A DNA stretch of 64,000 nucleotides from an uncultured delta proteobacterium (GTDB lineage Bacteria > Desulfobacterota > Binatia > HRBIN30 > BPIQ01): positions 128,001-192,000 of the forward strand of contig CAVXGR010000017.1 in the NCBI GenBank assembly GCA_963761335.1, given 5' to 3'. The position numbers and the translations under genes are program-made. Every line of letters begins with the position of its first letter. The stretch's first letter is position 1. Positions 46,900 through 56,350 of the stretch are shown here, piece after piece. The notes under the pieces are model-generated. The model did not search any database. It was not told where the DNA came from and saw only the letters and a list, made by a program, of their open reading frames with translations.

Positions 46900-48054
46900 A
46901 TGGACTATTACAGCGAGGAGCAGGGCGCCTTTCAGAAGACGATTCGCGACTTCTTCGAGAGCGAGGTGAACCCCCATATCGACGAATGGGAGAAGGCCCG
47001 CATCTTTCCGGCGCACCAGGTCTTCAAGCGCTGCGGCGAGCTCGGCCTGTTGGGCATCACCTACGACGAGAAGTACGGCGGCTCCGGTCTCGATTACTGG
47101 TGGACCGCCGCCTACACCGAGGCGATGGCGGAGTCGTGCCGCTGCAACGGCATCCCCATGGCGATCATGGTGCAGACCGACATGTGCACGCCGGCGCTGC
47201 ACGACTTCGGCAGCGAGGAGCTGAAGGAGCGCTGGCTGCGGCCCTCGATCGCCGGCACGGCGGTGGGCGCCATCGGCGTCAGCGAGCCCTGTGCCGGTTC
47301 CGACGTCTTCTCCATCCAGACCACGGCGCGGCGTGACGGCGACTTCTACATCATCAACGGCAGCAAGATGTTCATCACTAACGGCACCCAGGCTGACTAC
47401 ATCACCACTCTGGTGAAGACGAACCCCGAGGCGGGGCATCACGGCTTCAGCCTCATCGTCGTGCCCACCGATACCCCGGGATTCTCGGTCGCCAACAAGC
47501 TCGAGAAGGTCGGCAATCACTCCTCCGACACCGCCGAGCTGCTCTTCGAGGACGTGCGCGTGCCGGTGAAGAACCGCATCGGCGACGAGGGGGCCGGCTT
47601 CATCTACCAGATGAGGCAGTTCCAGAAGGAGCGCATGGCCGCGGCGCTCAGTGCCGTCGCCGGCGCCCAGAAAATGCTCGAGCTGACCGTGCAGTACACC
47701 AAGGATCGCAAGGTGTTCGGCAAGCCGCTGTCGCTGAAGCAGCATGTGCAGTTCACCCTTGCCGAGCTGCAGACCGACATCGAGATGCTGCGGCAGCTCA
47801 ACTACCACTGCGTGCGCATGATCGTCGCCGGCCACGACTGCATTCGCGAGACGTCGATGGCGAAGCTCGCCGCCGGCCGCCTGGTGCGCAGCGTCGCCGA
47901 TTGGTGCGTGCAGTTCCACGGTGGCTACGGCTACATGGACGAGTTCTTCGTCTCCCGCTACTGGCGCGACTCGCGCCTGCTCAGCATCGGCGCCGGTGCC
48001 GACGAGGTGATGATGCAGATCATTGCCAAGCTCGAGGGGTACGGGGCCGTCTGA
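46900..48054 (+). CDS. Acyl-CoA dehydrogenase
   Basis: SEPCAGSD, INGSKMFITNG, SDTAELLFEDV, QFHGGYGY, IGAGADE. Confidence 0.95.
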   Translation: MDYYSEEQGAFQKTIRDFFESEVNPHIDEWEKARIFPAHQVFKRCGELGLLGITYDEKYGGSGLDYWWTAAYTEAMAESCRCNGIPMAIMVQTDMCTPALHDFGSEELKERWLRPSIAGTAVGAIGVSEPCAGSDVFSIQTTARRDGDFYIINGSKMFITNGTQADYITTLVKTNPEAGHHGFSLIVVPTDTPGFSVANKLEKVGNHSSDTAELLFEDVRVPVKNRIGDEGAGFIYQMRQFQKERMAAALSAVAGAQKMLELTVQYTKDRKVFGKPLSLKQHVQFTLAELQTDIEMLRQLNYHCVRMIVAGHDCIRETSMAKLAAGRLVRSVADWCVQFHGGYGYMDEFFVSRYWRDSRLLSIGAGADEVMMQIIAKLEGYGAV

Positions 48055-48071
48055 TTGGCGGAGCTGCCGGC

Positions 48072-48911
48072 GTGGACGACAAAGAGAACCGCCAAGGCGC
48101 CGAGGAGAGGGCGCCGAGGAGGACGTTTGATGCCGATCTGCTGCGCGGGCTGACGGCGCTGGTGACCGGGGGCGGGACCGGGCTCGGGAGAGTCATCGCC
48201 CAGACGCTCGCCGAGGCCGGCGCCGACCTGCTGCTGGCGGCGCGTCGCGTCGAGCTCCTGGAGCAGGCGGCCGAGGAGATCCGCGCCTCCACGGGGCGGC
48301 GCGTCGAGGTGGGCTTCGTCAACATCCGCGATCGCCAGGCGGTCGAGGCGCTCGCCGAGCGCGCCGCGTCGCTCTTCGGCGGCATCGACATCCTCATCAA
48401 CAATGCCGGCGGCCAGTATCCGCAGCGCGCCCGCGACTTCACTCCCAAGGGCTGGAACGCCGTCATCGACACCAATCTCACCGGCACCTGGAACATGACC
48501 CAGGTCTTCGGCAGCCGCATGCTCGACGGCCATGGCGGCAGCATCACCACGGTGATCGCCGTCATCGGGCGCGGCTTCCCCGGGCTGGCGCACACGGCGG
48601 CGGCGCGCGCCGGCGTTCTCGAGCTGACCCGCACGCTGGCGATCGAGTGGGGGCCGAGGGTCCGGCTCAACTGCGTCGCCCCGGGGCCGATCGAGACCGA
48701 AGGATTCAAGGCGACCTACGACCCGGAGATCAACAAGCTCTTCGAGGGGGCGCCGATGCCGCGCTTCGGCACTCGCCACGAGGTCGCCGACGCCGTCGTC
48801 TTCCTCGCCTCGCCGGCGGCGAGCTTCATCACCGGCGAGGTTCTCTACGTCGCCGGTGGCCAGCAGCTCTACGGTCGCAACCAGGCGCTGTTCGACGAGC
48901 AGCTCAAGTGA
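48072..48911 (+). CDS. SDR oxidoreductase, 2,4-dienoyl-CoA/trans-2-enoyl-CoA reductase-like
   Basis: [24 protein letters not shown]; start uncertain. Confidence 0.88.
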   Translation: MDDKENRQGAEERAPRRTFDADLLRGLTALVTGGGTGLGRVIAQTLAEAGADLLLAARRVELLEQAAEEIRASTGRRVEVGFVNIRDRQAVEALAERAASLFGGIDILINNAGGQYPQRARDFTPKGWNAVIDTNLTGTWNMTQVFGSRMLDGHGGSITTVIAVIGRGFPGLAHTAAARAGVLELTRTLAIEWGPRVRLNCVAPGPIETEGFKATYDPEINKLFEGAPMPRFGTRHEVADAVVFLASPAASFITGEVLYVAGGQQLYGRNQALFDEQLK

Positions 48912-48921
48912 GGAGAGAGAC

Positions 48922-49923
48922 ATGACGGAGTCGACGGCGCTGGTCGCCTTCTGGAAGAGCTATGATCGCAAGGCCGTCCTGCGGCATGCGCAGCAGGCGG
49001 ACGAGCTCGGCTACGACTCCTTCTGGATTCCGGAGGCGTGGGGTTACGAGGCCTTCAGCCTGCTGACCGAGATCGCCGGACACACCAAGCGCATCAAGCT
49101 GGGAACCGGCATCGTCAACGTCTTCAGCCGCTCGCCCGGGCTCATGGCGATGCACGCCGCGACGCTCGACGAGATCTCCGAGGGCCGCTTCATCCTCGGG
49201 CTGGGCACGTCGGGGGCGCGGGTGATCGAGGGGTTCCACGGGGTTCCCTACCAGAAGCCGCTCACCCGCCTGCGCCAGTACATCCTTGTGGTGCAGACGC
49301 TGCTCGCCGGCCAGCGTCTCAGCGACGCCGGGGCCGATCTGTGGGACCTGCGCCACTTCAAGCTGGAGATGACGCCGGTGCGGCCGCGCGTGCCGATCTA
49401 CTGCGCCTGCCTCAACGATCGCGCCATCCGCATGGTGGGAGAGCTCGCCGACGGCTGGATGCCGACCTTCTGGCCGTACGACCAGCTCGACAAGGGCCGG
49501 GCCCTGATCGCCGAGGGCGCGGCGCGCAGCGGCCGCAATCCCGACGAGGTGATCACCGCGCCGTTCACCACCGTCATCCCCATGCCCGACCCGGAGGCGA
49601 GCTATCGCTCGGCGCGCGGCATCATCTCCTTCTACATCGGCGGCATGGGAGACTACTACCACGCCCTCCTGTGTCGCATGGGTTTTGCGGAGAACGCCGA
49701 CCGGGTGAAGCGGCTCTACGCCGAGAAGAAGCGCCTCGAGGCCGCCGAGGCGGTATCGCAGGAGATGCTCGAGGCGCTGGTGATCGCCGGCGACCCGCAG
49801 TCGTGCCGCACCCGCCTCGGGGAATGGCGCCGCAGCGGCGTTGGCCTGCCGATCCTGCTGCTGCCCACCGACATGGGCGCCGAGATCTGCTCCATGTTCA
49901 TCCAGATGATGGCGCCGGCCTAG
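48922..49923 (+). CDS. LLM-class flavin/F420-dependent oxidoreductase
   Basis: [40 protein letters not shown]. Confidence 0.9.
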   Translation: MTESTALVAFWKSYDRKAVLRHAQQADELGYDSFWIPEAWGYEAFSLLTEIAGHTKRIKLGTGIVNVFSRSPGLMAMHAATLDEISEGRFILGLGTSGARVIEGFHGVPYQKPLTRLRQYILVVQTLLAGQRLSDAGADLWDLRHFKLEMTPVRPRVPIYCACLNDRAIRMVGELADGWMPTFWPYDQLDKGRALIAEGAARSGRNPDEVITAPFTTVIPMPDPEASYRSARGIISFYIGGMGDYYHALLCRMGFAENADRVKRLYAEKKRLEAAEAVSQEMLEALVIAGDPQSCRTRLGEWRRSGVGLPILLLPTDMGAEICSMFIQMMAPA

Positions 49924-49924
49924 A

Positions 49925-49963
49925 GTAGAAGCGGCGTCCCGCCGCTTTCGGGGCGGGACGCCG
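49925..49963 (+). repeat. GTAG-headed REP just after the LLM stop
   Basis: GTAGAAGCGGCGTCCCGCCGCTTT plus a partial inverted arm. Confidence 0.8.
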
Positions 49964-49979
49964 GGAATCTCTTCGCGAA

Positions 49980-50750
49980 TCACTCCGCCGGCGGCACGAG
50001 CGTCACCGTGTGCTCCGCGGAGTCGTCGAACCCCGGCGCGGTGAGCTTGTACGACATGCTCGCCTCGGCTGGGGGCGTCCCCTGCACCGCCAGCTGCCAT
50101 TCGCCGTGCTCGTGGAAGCCCGGCGCGGTGGTGCCGATCACGGCCGACTGCCCGACCTGATCGAGCGTGTCGTTCTCGATTTTGAGGCTCACCGCCGCGT
50201 CTAGGGCGGTGAGCTCGATGCTGAGCGGAATGCCGTCGCCGAGCGGATACAGCGACTCTTCCGGAATGGGATCGGTCACCGGCTCGAAGCCGAGCACGCC
50301 GCTGTACAGGGCGAAGCTGCACTGGTCGACCGTTCCCTCCAGGCAGGCGCTGAAGCTGACCGGAACCGAGGTGGCCGAGTCGCTGGCGATGGCGACGGCG
50401 CCACCGCCCGGCTGCGAGGAGCCGAACTCGATGTGGTCGTGATCGCCGCTCGGCGGTTCCGTGGCTGTCTCCGTGGCGCTGACGGCGGCAGTGGCCGTCT
50501 CCGTCTCCGTGGGCGTGGCCGTGGGAGTGGCCGCGGCCGGGGTCTCCGTCGACGCCGCCGGCGTCTCCGCGGCCGGCGTGCCGGTCGGCGGAGGCGGCAG
50601 CGTGTGGATCATGGTGGCCGCCGGCGTCGGCGTCGCCAGAGGGATCGGAACCGGGTTCTGGGCATCGCAGCCGACGCAGACGAGCGCCAGCATGACCACA
50701 CCGGTCATCCGGGCCGCATACTCCCCGATTCGGATCTCGGTATCTCTCAT
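49980..50750 (-). CDS. Lipoprotein: Thr/Pro-rich stalk plus about 150-aa HxH domain
   Basis: CVGC lipobox, PTATPTETETATA linker, domain from HDH to HEH that aligns with the N-terminal domain of 50938-52443. Confidence 0.8.
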   Translation of the reverse strand: MRDTEIRIGEYAARMTGVVMLALVCVGCDAQNPVPIPLATPTPAATMIHTLPPPPTGTPAAETPAASTETPAAATPTATPTETETATAAVSATETATEPPSGDHDHIEFGSSQPGGGAVAIASDSATSVPVSFSACLEGTVDQCSFALYSGVLGFEPVTDPIPEESLYPLGDGIPLSIELTALDAAVSLKIENDTLDQVGQSAVIGTTAPGFHEHGEWQLAVQGTPPAEASMSYKLTAPGFDDSAEHTVTLVPPAE

Positions 50751-50814
50751 CGGTTCCCCTCCGTTCCGGCGCACTTGCCCGTTCCATATACGACGCCCCG
50801 CCTCACCGGCGAAA

Positions 50815-50831
50815 TGCGGCAAATTGTCGCA
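50815..50831. promoter_or_regulatory. RegA/PrrA-like box
   Basis: TGCGGCAAATTGTCGCA about 65 bp upstream of ATG 50750. Confidence 0.7.
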
Positions 50832-50841
50832 AGGGGGAAGC

Positions 50842-50891
50842 GTAGAAGCGCCGTCTCGGCGCTTCCCGAAGCGGCGAGACGCCGCTTCTAC
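50842..50891. repeat. GTAG-headed REP inverted doublet (24+2+24 bp)
   Basis: GTAGAAGCGCCGTCTCGGCGCTTC-CC-GAAGCGGCGAGACGCCGCTTCTAC. Confidence 0.9.
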
Positions 50892-50937
50892 TTCTCGAGG
50901 GCCGGCGAAACAGGTGGCGAACTTCCAATTCGCGACG

Positions 50938-52443
50938 CTAGCTTGCAGGTTCGATCCGGAAGAACTTCTGCGTGCCGGGGCTCGGCTGGCCGGTCGAGAA
51001 GTCGATGCCGAGGTTGCGAAACATCGGATCGCAGTCGGTGTCATTGAAATTCGACTCACAGCCCGGCGGCGTGTCCGGCACGTTGCTGGAGAGATCGGAG
51101 TCGGCAAACAGCGCGGCGAGATCGGCGACCACCTCGCTCGACGACGGGTCGTAGCCGGTGAGCTCGATGTCGCCGCGGTTCGGATGCGAGCAGGAGGCCA
51201 CCGTGCGGCCATCTGGACCGTACGCACAGCCGGTGCTGCCAATGTGCAGGCGCAGGTTGTCGAGCGCCGTGTCGAGCAGGAAGAATCGGTATCCGGCCTG
51301 CCATCCCCAGCTCAGGCTCAGTATGTTGAGCGGCGAGGGCGCCGTGGTCGGGTCATTGTGGTTGAGGCTGAAGGGTACGCCCAGGGTGAAATGGAGGCCC
51401 TTGTAAGCGTAGGGGGGAGCCATGCCGCGGATGACGGTGTTCGTCTGCACCGTGCCGTTGCGGCAGGGTCCCGACTTGTCCTCGAAGTCGAGCAGGGCCA
51501 GGTCCTGGTACTGCCACAGGCCGTCCTGGTCCAGCGCCAGGGGCGTCTCGGTGCCGTCCGAGCGCACCAACCGCATATCCGATAGATAGAAGCGCAGGTC
51601 TGCGGGGATGACCTCGGTGTTGGCGGTGCCGAGCCCCTCATAGGTGCTGCCGCAGGCGAAGGGCTGGTCGCCGACGACGGCGCGGAAGGGGATCGTGATC
51701 GGCTCCGCTGGGCATCCGGTGGCGGGATACTGCTCGCCGAAGATGTATGCTGCGTCTGCGTAGCGATCGCACTCGCTGACGGCGGAGTCGTTGTCGATGT
51801 CCGGGCTGCAGGCGGGTCCCTTGCCGCCGGCGGCGCGGGCCACGGCGACCAGGTCGGCGGCGGTGGCGCTCTCGTCGCAGGTCGCATCGCCGTAGGCGAT
51901 GTTGGTGATGGTGGCGTCGTAGACCGGGGAGGCGCCGTAGGTCGGCGATTCGCTGGTCACGCGGAAGGAGAACGGGTAGTTGCCGTGCTCGCCCTCGGGG
52001 ATCTGCAGCTGCCAGCCCGGATGGTTGTGCAGCCCGGTCATGATCGTGGCGATGCGGGCGGCGTCGTTGGGCTTGCTCAGCACGGTGTCGTTCACCTTCA
52101 CCGAGGCGGCGGCGTCCATGGCGATGATCTCCATGCCGAGCGTCGTTCCCTCGTCGAGCGCGTAGAGCGGCTTGGTCGGATGATCGGTGTCGTAGGCGAA
52201 GAAGGCCGGATCGAGACCGTTGTAGAAGCACTGCTGCGAGGCGTCCTCCTGCGACTGGAAGCAGATGCTCTTGGTGACCAGGATGCGCTTGTGAAAGTCG
52301 AACTCGATTGCCAGATCGCCGCCGTCTTTCTCGGTCGACCAGAGAAACATGTGACTGTGGCCGGGGGGCGGCTGCAGCTGCGCCCCCGCCAGCGACGCGA
52401 AGGCAAGCGAGAGGAGGACGGCGCAGGGAATGGATCTTCTCAT
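50938..52443 (-). CDS. mbnP: MbnP-family copper-binding protein fused to an HxH domain and a dockerin-like module
   Basis: Signal peptide; C-terminal PFACG, DLRFYLSD, WQYQDLALLDFED, LGVPFSLNH..PSPLN..WGWQAGYRF, HIGSTGC, CSHPNR; adjacent to mbnH. Confidence 0.85.
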   Translation of the reverse strand: MRRSIPCAVLLSLAFASLAGAQLQPPPGHSHMFLWSTEKDGGDLAIEFDFHKRILVTKSICFQSQEDASQQCFYNGLDPAFFAYDTDHPTKPLYALDEGTTLGMEIIAMDAAASVKVNDTVLSKPNDAARIATIMTGLHNHPGWQLQIPEGEHGNYPFSFRVTSESPTYGASPVYDATITNIAYGDATCDESATAADLVAVARAAGGKGPACSPDIDNDSAVSECDRYADAAYIFGEQYPATGCPAEPITIPFRAVVGDQPFACGSTYEGLGTANTEVIPADLRFYLSDMRLVRSDGTETPLALDQDGLWQYQDLALLDFEDKSGPCRNGTVQTNTVIRGMAPPYAYKGLHFTLGVPFSLNHNDPTTAPSPLNILSLSWGWQAGYRFFLLDTALDNLRLHIGSTGCAYGPDGRTVASCSHPNRGDIELTGYDPSSSEVVADLAALFADSDLSSNVPDTPPGCESNFNDTDCDPMFRNLGIDFSTGQPSPGTQKFFRIEPAS

Positions 52444-52462
52444 TGGAGCTCCGCTTCGGCCA

Positions 52463-53944
52463 CTACTGCCCGTCCGTGGCGAAGGGATCGCTGAACTTGG
52501 GGTTGGTGACGAACTCCTCGTCGGTCAGGCTCTTGAGGAAGTTCACCACGTCCTCGAGCTCCTGGGGCGACAACGAGAAGCCGATCATGAAGCCGCTCTT
52601 CAGCGGGCTCAGACTGCCATCGCCGGCATAGGGGCCGGAAGTAATGAGCCGCCCACCGTGGCCATATTGCTCGGTGATCACGTCCTCGAGAGTGGCGATG
52701 CTGCCGTCGTGCATGTAGGGGGCGGTGAGCTCGATGTTGCGCAGGGTCGGGGCCTTGAACCTCCCCATGTCGTCGGGCTTGCCGGTGATTGCCATGATCC
52801 CGGTGTTGTCGGGCGGATAGGCGCCGTTGCCGTCGATGTTGTAGAGCCCGGTGTTGTGGAAGTTGCTCTCCTGGAAGGGGCTGCCGGCGTGGCTGACCGA
52901 GTCGGTGAAATTGAAGCCGCCATGGCAGTGGAAGCACTCCATGCGCTCCGAGAAGAACAGATCCATGCCGCGCTTCGCCGAGTCGGACAGGGCCGCGTCG
53001 TCGAACTCGTACAGCCATCGATCGAAGGGCGAGTGGCCGGAGATGAGGGTACGCTCGAAAGTGCCGATGGCGCGAACCACGTTGCCGGTGGTGAACGGGT
53101 CGTCGTCGTCCGGGAAGGCCGCCGGGAACATGCTCTGATAGCGCTCGTCGTCGCGCAGGCGCGCCAGCATCTCGTCCTCGAGGCCGTCCAGGCCGAGCTC
53201 GACCGGGGACGTTCCGAACATCGGACCCAGTGCCTGCTGCGCGAAGGTGCTGAGCAGCGGGTTCGCCCAGGTGAGCGTGGTGGCGTAGGCGACGTTGGTC
53301 AGGCTCATGGAGTTGCGCGGGTGCGTCTGTCCGGTGGAGCCCATGGCGCGCGGTAGTCCGTCGGTGAAGGCCCGGGACTGTTGATGGCAGGAGGCACAGG
53401 AGAACGTCTCGTTGCCGGAGAGGCGCTTGTCGTAGAAGAGATAGCGCCCCAAGTCGACCTTGGCGTAGCTCATCGGGTTGTCCTCGGGCACATTCGGTAC
53501 CGGAAAGCCCTTGGGCAGGTCCCAGGTGAACGCCAGCGTCGGCACCGGGGTCGGCGTCAGGGTCCACGTCGCGGTTGCCGTCTCCGTCGCCGTTCCAGTC
53601 GGCGTGGGGGTCTCCGTCTCGGTAGCGGTCTCCGTCGCCGAGGCGCTTGCGGTCGCGGTGGGCGGTGCCGACGTGGCCGTCTCGGTCGGCGTCGCGGTGG
53701 CGGTCGCCGGTTGCGTGACGGTGTCCCTGGGCGTCGGCGTGATCGCGACCGGCGTCGATGTCGCGGGAATCGTCGCCGGTGCCGTCTGCGTCGGCCGCAC
53801 CGTTGCCGCCGTGCTGGCGGTTGGTGAGGCGGTGGCGACAATCGACAGCGGCTGCGGATCGGTGCTGTCGCAGCCGCCCAGGATCACTGCTCCGAGAGCC
53901 AGGAGGAGCAGGCCGACCGTCGGTCTCTGCGAGCCTAGAAGCAT
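52463..53944 (-). CDS. mbnH: MbnH-family di-heme enzyme (CcpA/MauG superfamily) on a lipoprotein Thr/Pro stalk
   Basis: LGGC lipobox; [67 protein letters not shown], distal Tyr (QYGHGG). Confidence 0.88.
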   Translation of the reverse strand: MLLGSQRPTVGLLLLALGAVILGGCDSTDPQPLSIVATASPTASTAATVRPTQTAPATIPATSTPVAITPTPRDTVTQPATATATPTETATSAPPTATASASATETATETETPTPTGTATETATATWTLTPTPVPTLAFTWDLPKGFPVPNVPEDNPMSYAKVDLGRYLFYDKRLSGNETFSCASCHQQSRAFTDGLPRAMGSTGQTHPRNSMSLTNVAYATTLTWANPLLSTFAQQALGPMFGTSPVELGLDGLEDEMLARLRDDERYQSMFPAAFPDDDDPFTTGNVVRAIGTFERTLISGHSPFDRWLYEFDDAALSDSAKRGMDLFFSERMECFHCHGGFNFTDSVSHAGSPFQESNFHNTGLYNIDGNGAYPPDNTGIMAITGKPDDMGRFKAPTLRNIELTAPYMHDGSIATLEDVITEQYGHGGRLITSGPYAGDGSLSPLKSGFMIGFSLSPQELEDVVNFLKSLTDEEFVTNPKFSDPFATDGQ

Positions 53945-53984
53945 CTACTTGACCCTGGAATGCTAGAGATCGAGGCACGAGCTG

Positions 53985-54620
53985 TCAATTCATGCGTGGC
54001 GAACGGTCGTGAGGTCGGTTATCCGGTTGCGCTGGATTCGAAGGACGGCGCGCCGGAGCCGCATTGCCAGCGTGGCCGGCGGCATCGGCGACCGTCTGCT
54101 CCAGCTCTTTCATCTCGTCCGGCTCGTATCCCTCTTCCACCCGGCGGATCACCCCATCGACCACCAGGTACAGGGTCGGCATCGCCTCGGTGCCGAAGCG
54201 GGAGGGAGTCGAGGCGTCGGGATCATAGAGGACGGTGAAGCGCGGCTTGGGGATGTGTTTCGCCAGAAACTCGTCGGCTCGGGCGCGGCTGTGGTCGATG
54301 TTGATGGCGATCACCTGGAGCTTGTCGGGGTAGCGGGCCGCCAGCGCATCGAGCGCCGGCAGGCCTTCGCCGCACAGGGCGCACCAGCTCGCCCAGAAGT
54401 CGATGATCACCACCCGGGCCGAGAGGCTCGCTGGAGAGACCATGCGGCCGCTGCGGTCCGGAAGGTGAAAGCTCGGAAGGGCATCGCCGGCGCCGAGCGA
54501 GCCGGCCCGGGCGTCGAGCGCCAGACAGGCGAGAGCGGCCACGACGAAGGCGCCCCCGGCGATGCGGGCGCGCGCGCCTGCGCCTCGCGTCGTGCTGCCG
54601 GCGCTTCTCAGAAGCGCCAT
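53985..54620 (-). CDS. TlpA-family thiol-disulfide oxidoreductase
   Basis: N-terminal hydrophobic segment, IIDFWASWCALC, AMPT cis-Pro loop. Confidence 0.85.
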   Translation of the reverse strand: MALLRSAGSTTRGAGARARIAGGAFVVAALACLALDARAGSLGAGDALPSFHLPDRSGRMVSPASLSARVVIIDFWASWCALCGEGLPALDALAARYPDKLQVIAINIDHSRARADEFLAKHIPKPRFTVLYDPDASTPSRFGTEAMPTLYLVVDGVIRRVEEGYEPDEMKELEQTVADAAGHAGNAAPARRPSNPAQPDNRPHDRSPRMN

Positions 54621-55660
54621 ACCACTGCGCCCCGCAGGCGGAAATCGGGGACGATCTGCAGGGCCGAGCTGTGCTCGATGACCGGCAGGTCGGCGGCGAT
54701 CTCACCGCTCAGATTGGTGCGCCACGTGAAGTTGAATCCGGGTCCGACGTAGAGCGAGGTGATGGCGGTGTCGTCCTGGCGAGCTCCCGCCTGGACGTCC
54801 TTGCCCTTGGTCTCGCCGGAGACGACCGCCTGGAAGCCGAGGCTGTGATCGTGACCGAGGAGCAGATACGCCCCGGGGCCACCACTCCAGACCAGATCGT
54901 CGGCGTAGCGGTACTCGAAGTCGCCGGTGGTGCGCGCCGTGTACTGCAGGACGCCGGTGAAGAAGGTGCGGCGGTAGTTGGCGAAGAGCTGGCCGCCGAA
55001 GATGTAGTCGACGGAGCCGCTGCCGAGCGCCAGATCATGTCCGTGAATGCCGCTCTGCAGATGTGCCTCGTCGGCGTGTTGTAGCTGGAACCCGGAGCTC
55101 CCGAGCAGGTCGTGGGCCACGACGTCTTCGGCGTGATCGCCGCCGCCGCCCTGCGGCGCGGTGAGCTCCTCCGCCAGGCGGTGCGAGTCGCCGCTCGGCA
55201 GCTTCAGGCCCCCGAGCAGAGAGAAGCGCACCAGGCTGTGCTCATCGACCCGGCTGTAGGCGAGCGCGTTGGCGAGCAGCGACAGGTCGCCGAAGCCGGT
55301 CTCGTCGCTGTTGACCACGCCGATGCTCTCCACGCGGCGGAACGAGCGCGAGATGAACGGCAGGTTCAGCTGCAGCCCGACCTTCGGATTGATCTGGTAG
55401 CCGAGGACGACCTGGGTGATCGAGCTCTCCAGCCTCTCGTGATTGGGGTTGGCCACCTCCTCGCCGTTCTCCTGGAGGGTGGTGTAGCGGGTGAGCTGCT
55501 CGGAGACCCCGAGGCGAATGCCACTGCGGCTCTCGCGCATCTCGGTTGCCGTGTACACGGCGCAGATGTCGCACGCCGGCGCGCGGACCGGTAGGCCCAG
55601 GAGACAGAGAGATGCGGACAGCCAGACGGCCGTCGACAGAGGGATGCGGACGTCGATCAT
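54608..55660 (-). CDS. Putative outer-membrane beta-barrel (COG4313-like) with N-terminal CxxC and His-rich loop
   Basis: Signal peptide then CDIC; GFGDL, GLKLPSG, LGSGSVD; amphipathic strands; C-terminal WRF. Confidence 0.7.
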   Translation of the reverse strand: MIDVRIPLSTAVWLSASLCLLGLPVRAPACDICAVYTATEMRESRSGIRLGVSEQLTRYTTLQENGEEVANPNHERLESSITQVVLGYQINPKVGLQLNLPFISRSFRRVESIGVVNSDETGFGDLSLLANALAYSRVDEHSLVRFSLLGGLKLPSGDSHRLAEELTAPQGGGGDHAEDVVAHDLLGSSGFQLQHADEAHLQSGIHGHDLALGSGSVDYIFGGQLFANYRRTFFTGVLQYTARTTGDFEYRYADDLVWSGGPGAYLLLGHDHSLGFQAVVSGETKGKDVQAGARQDDTAITSLYVGPGFNFTWRTNLSGEIAADLPVIEHSSALQIVPDFRLRGAVVWRF

Positions 55661-55696
55661 TTCTCGACAAGTAGCGGATCGGCGCCCGCAGCTGAA

Positions 55697-55713
55697 TGCG
55701 GCCAATTGTCGCA
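55697..55713. promoter_or_regulatory. RegA/PrrA-like box
   Basis: TGCGGCCAATTGTCGCA about 37 bp upstream of ATG 55660; 16/17 identical to the 50815 site. Confidence 0.7.
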
Positions 55714-55722
55714 GCGCGAAAA

Positions 55723-55772
55723 GTAGAAGCGCCGTCCCGGCGCTTCCGGAAGCGGCGAGACGCCGCTTCTAC
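55723..55772. repeat. GTAG-headed REP inverted doublet (24+2+24 bp)
   Basis: GTAGAAGCGCCGTCCCGGCGCTTC-CG-GAAGCGGCGAGACGCCGCTTCTAC. Confidence 0.9.
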
Positions 55773-55795
55773 TGGGCACGGGGAGAAGAGGATGC

Positions 55796-56350
55796 CTAAT
55801 CGCTCGGTGGATATTTCTGCAGCTTGCGCTGCAGCGAGCGACGGTGGATGCCGAGGCGGCGCGCCGCTTCGGAGATGTTGCCGCCGCAGTCGGAGACGAC
55901 GCGGTTGATGTGCTCCCACTCGGCGCGCGCCAGCGACGGTGCCGTGTAGGGCGTCTCGGGCGGTTGCAGCGGCGGCGCCTCGCCGCGCGCGAAGGCGGCG
56001 AGAATGTCGTCGGCATCGGCCGGCTTCTGCACGTAGTAGGTGGCGCCGACGCGCAACGCCTCGATGGCGGTGGCGATGCTGCCGTAGCCGGTGAGGACGA
56101 CGATGCGGCTGTCGGGCTCGAGGCTCCGCAGATCCCGCACCAGCTCGAGACCGGAGCGCCCCGGCATGCGCAGGTCGACGATGGCCATCTCCGGCGGGTC
56201 GCCGGTGGCACTGCTCATCGCCTCGTCGTAGTTGCCGGCAGTGCGCACCTCGTAGCCGCGCTGTCTCAGGGCGCGCGCCAGGCGCTCCCGCAAGGCGTAG
56301 TCGTCGTCTACCACGAGGATGCACGGTGCCGCTGTGGCCGTCGCCGGCAT
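55796..56350 (-). CDS. regA: RegA/PrrA/ActR-family response regulator
   Basis: Receiver domain, LTGYGSIATAIEA, diagnostic EWEHINRV..CGGNISEAARRLGIHRRSLQRKL. Confidence 0.92.
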   Translation of the reverse strand: MPATATAAPCILVVDDDYALRERLARALRQRGYEVRTAGNYDEAMSSATGDPPEMAIVDLRMPGRSGLELVRDLRSLEPDSRIVVLTGYGSIATAIEALRVGATYYVQKPADADDILAAFARGEAPPLQPPETPYTAPSLARAEWEHINRVVSDCGGNISEAARRLGIHRRSLQRKLQKYPPSD

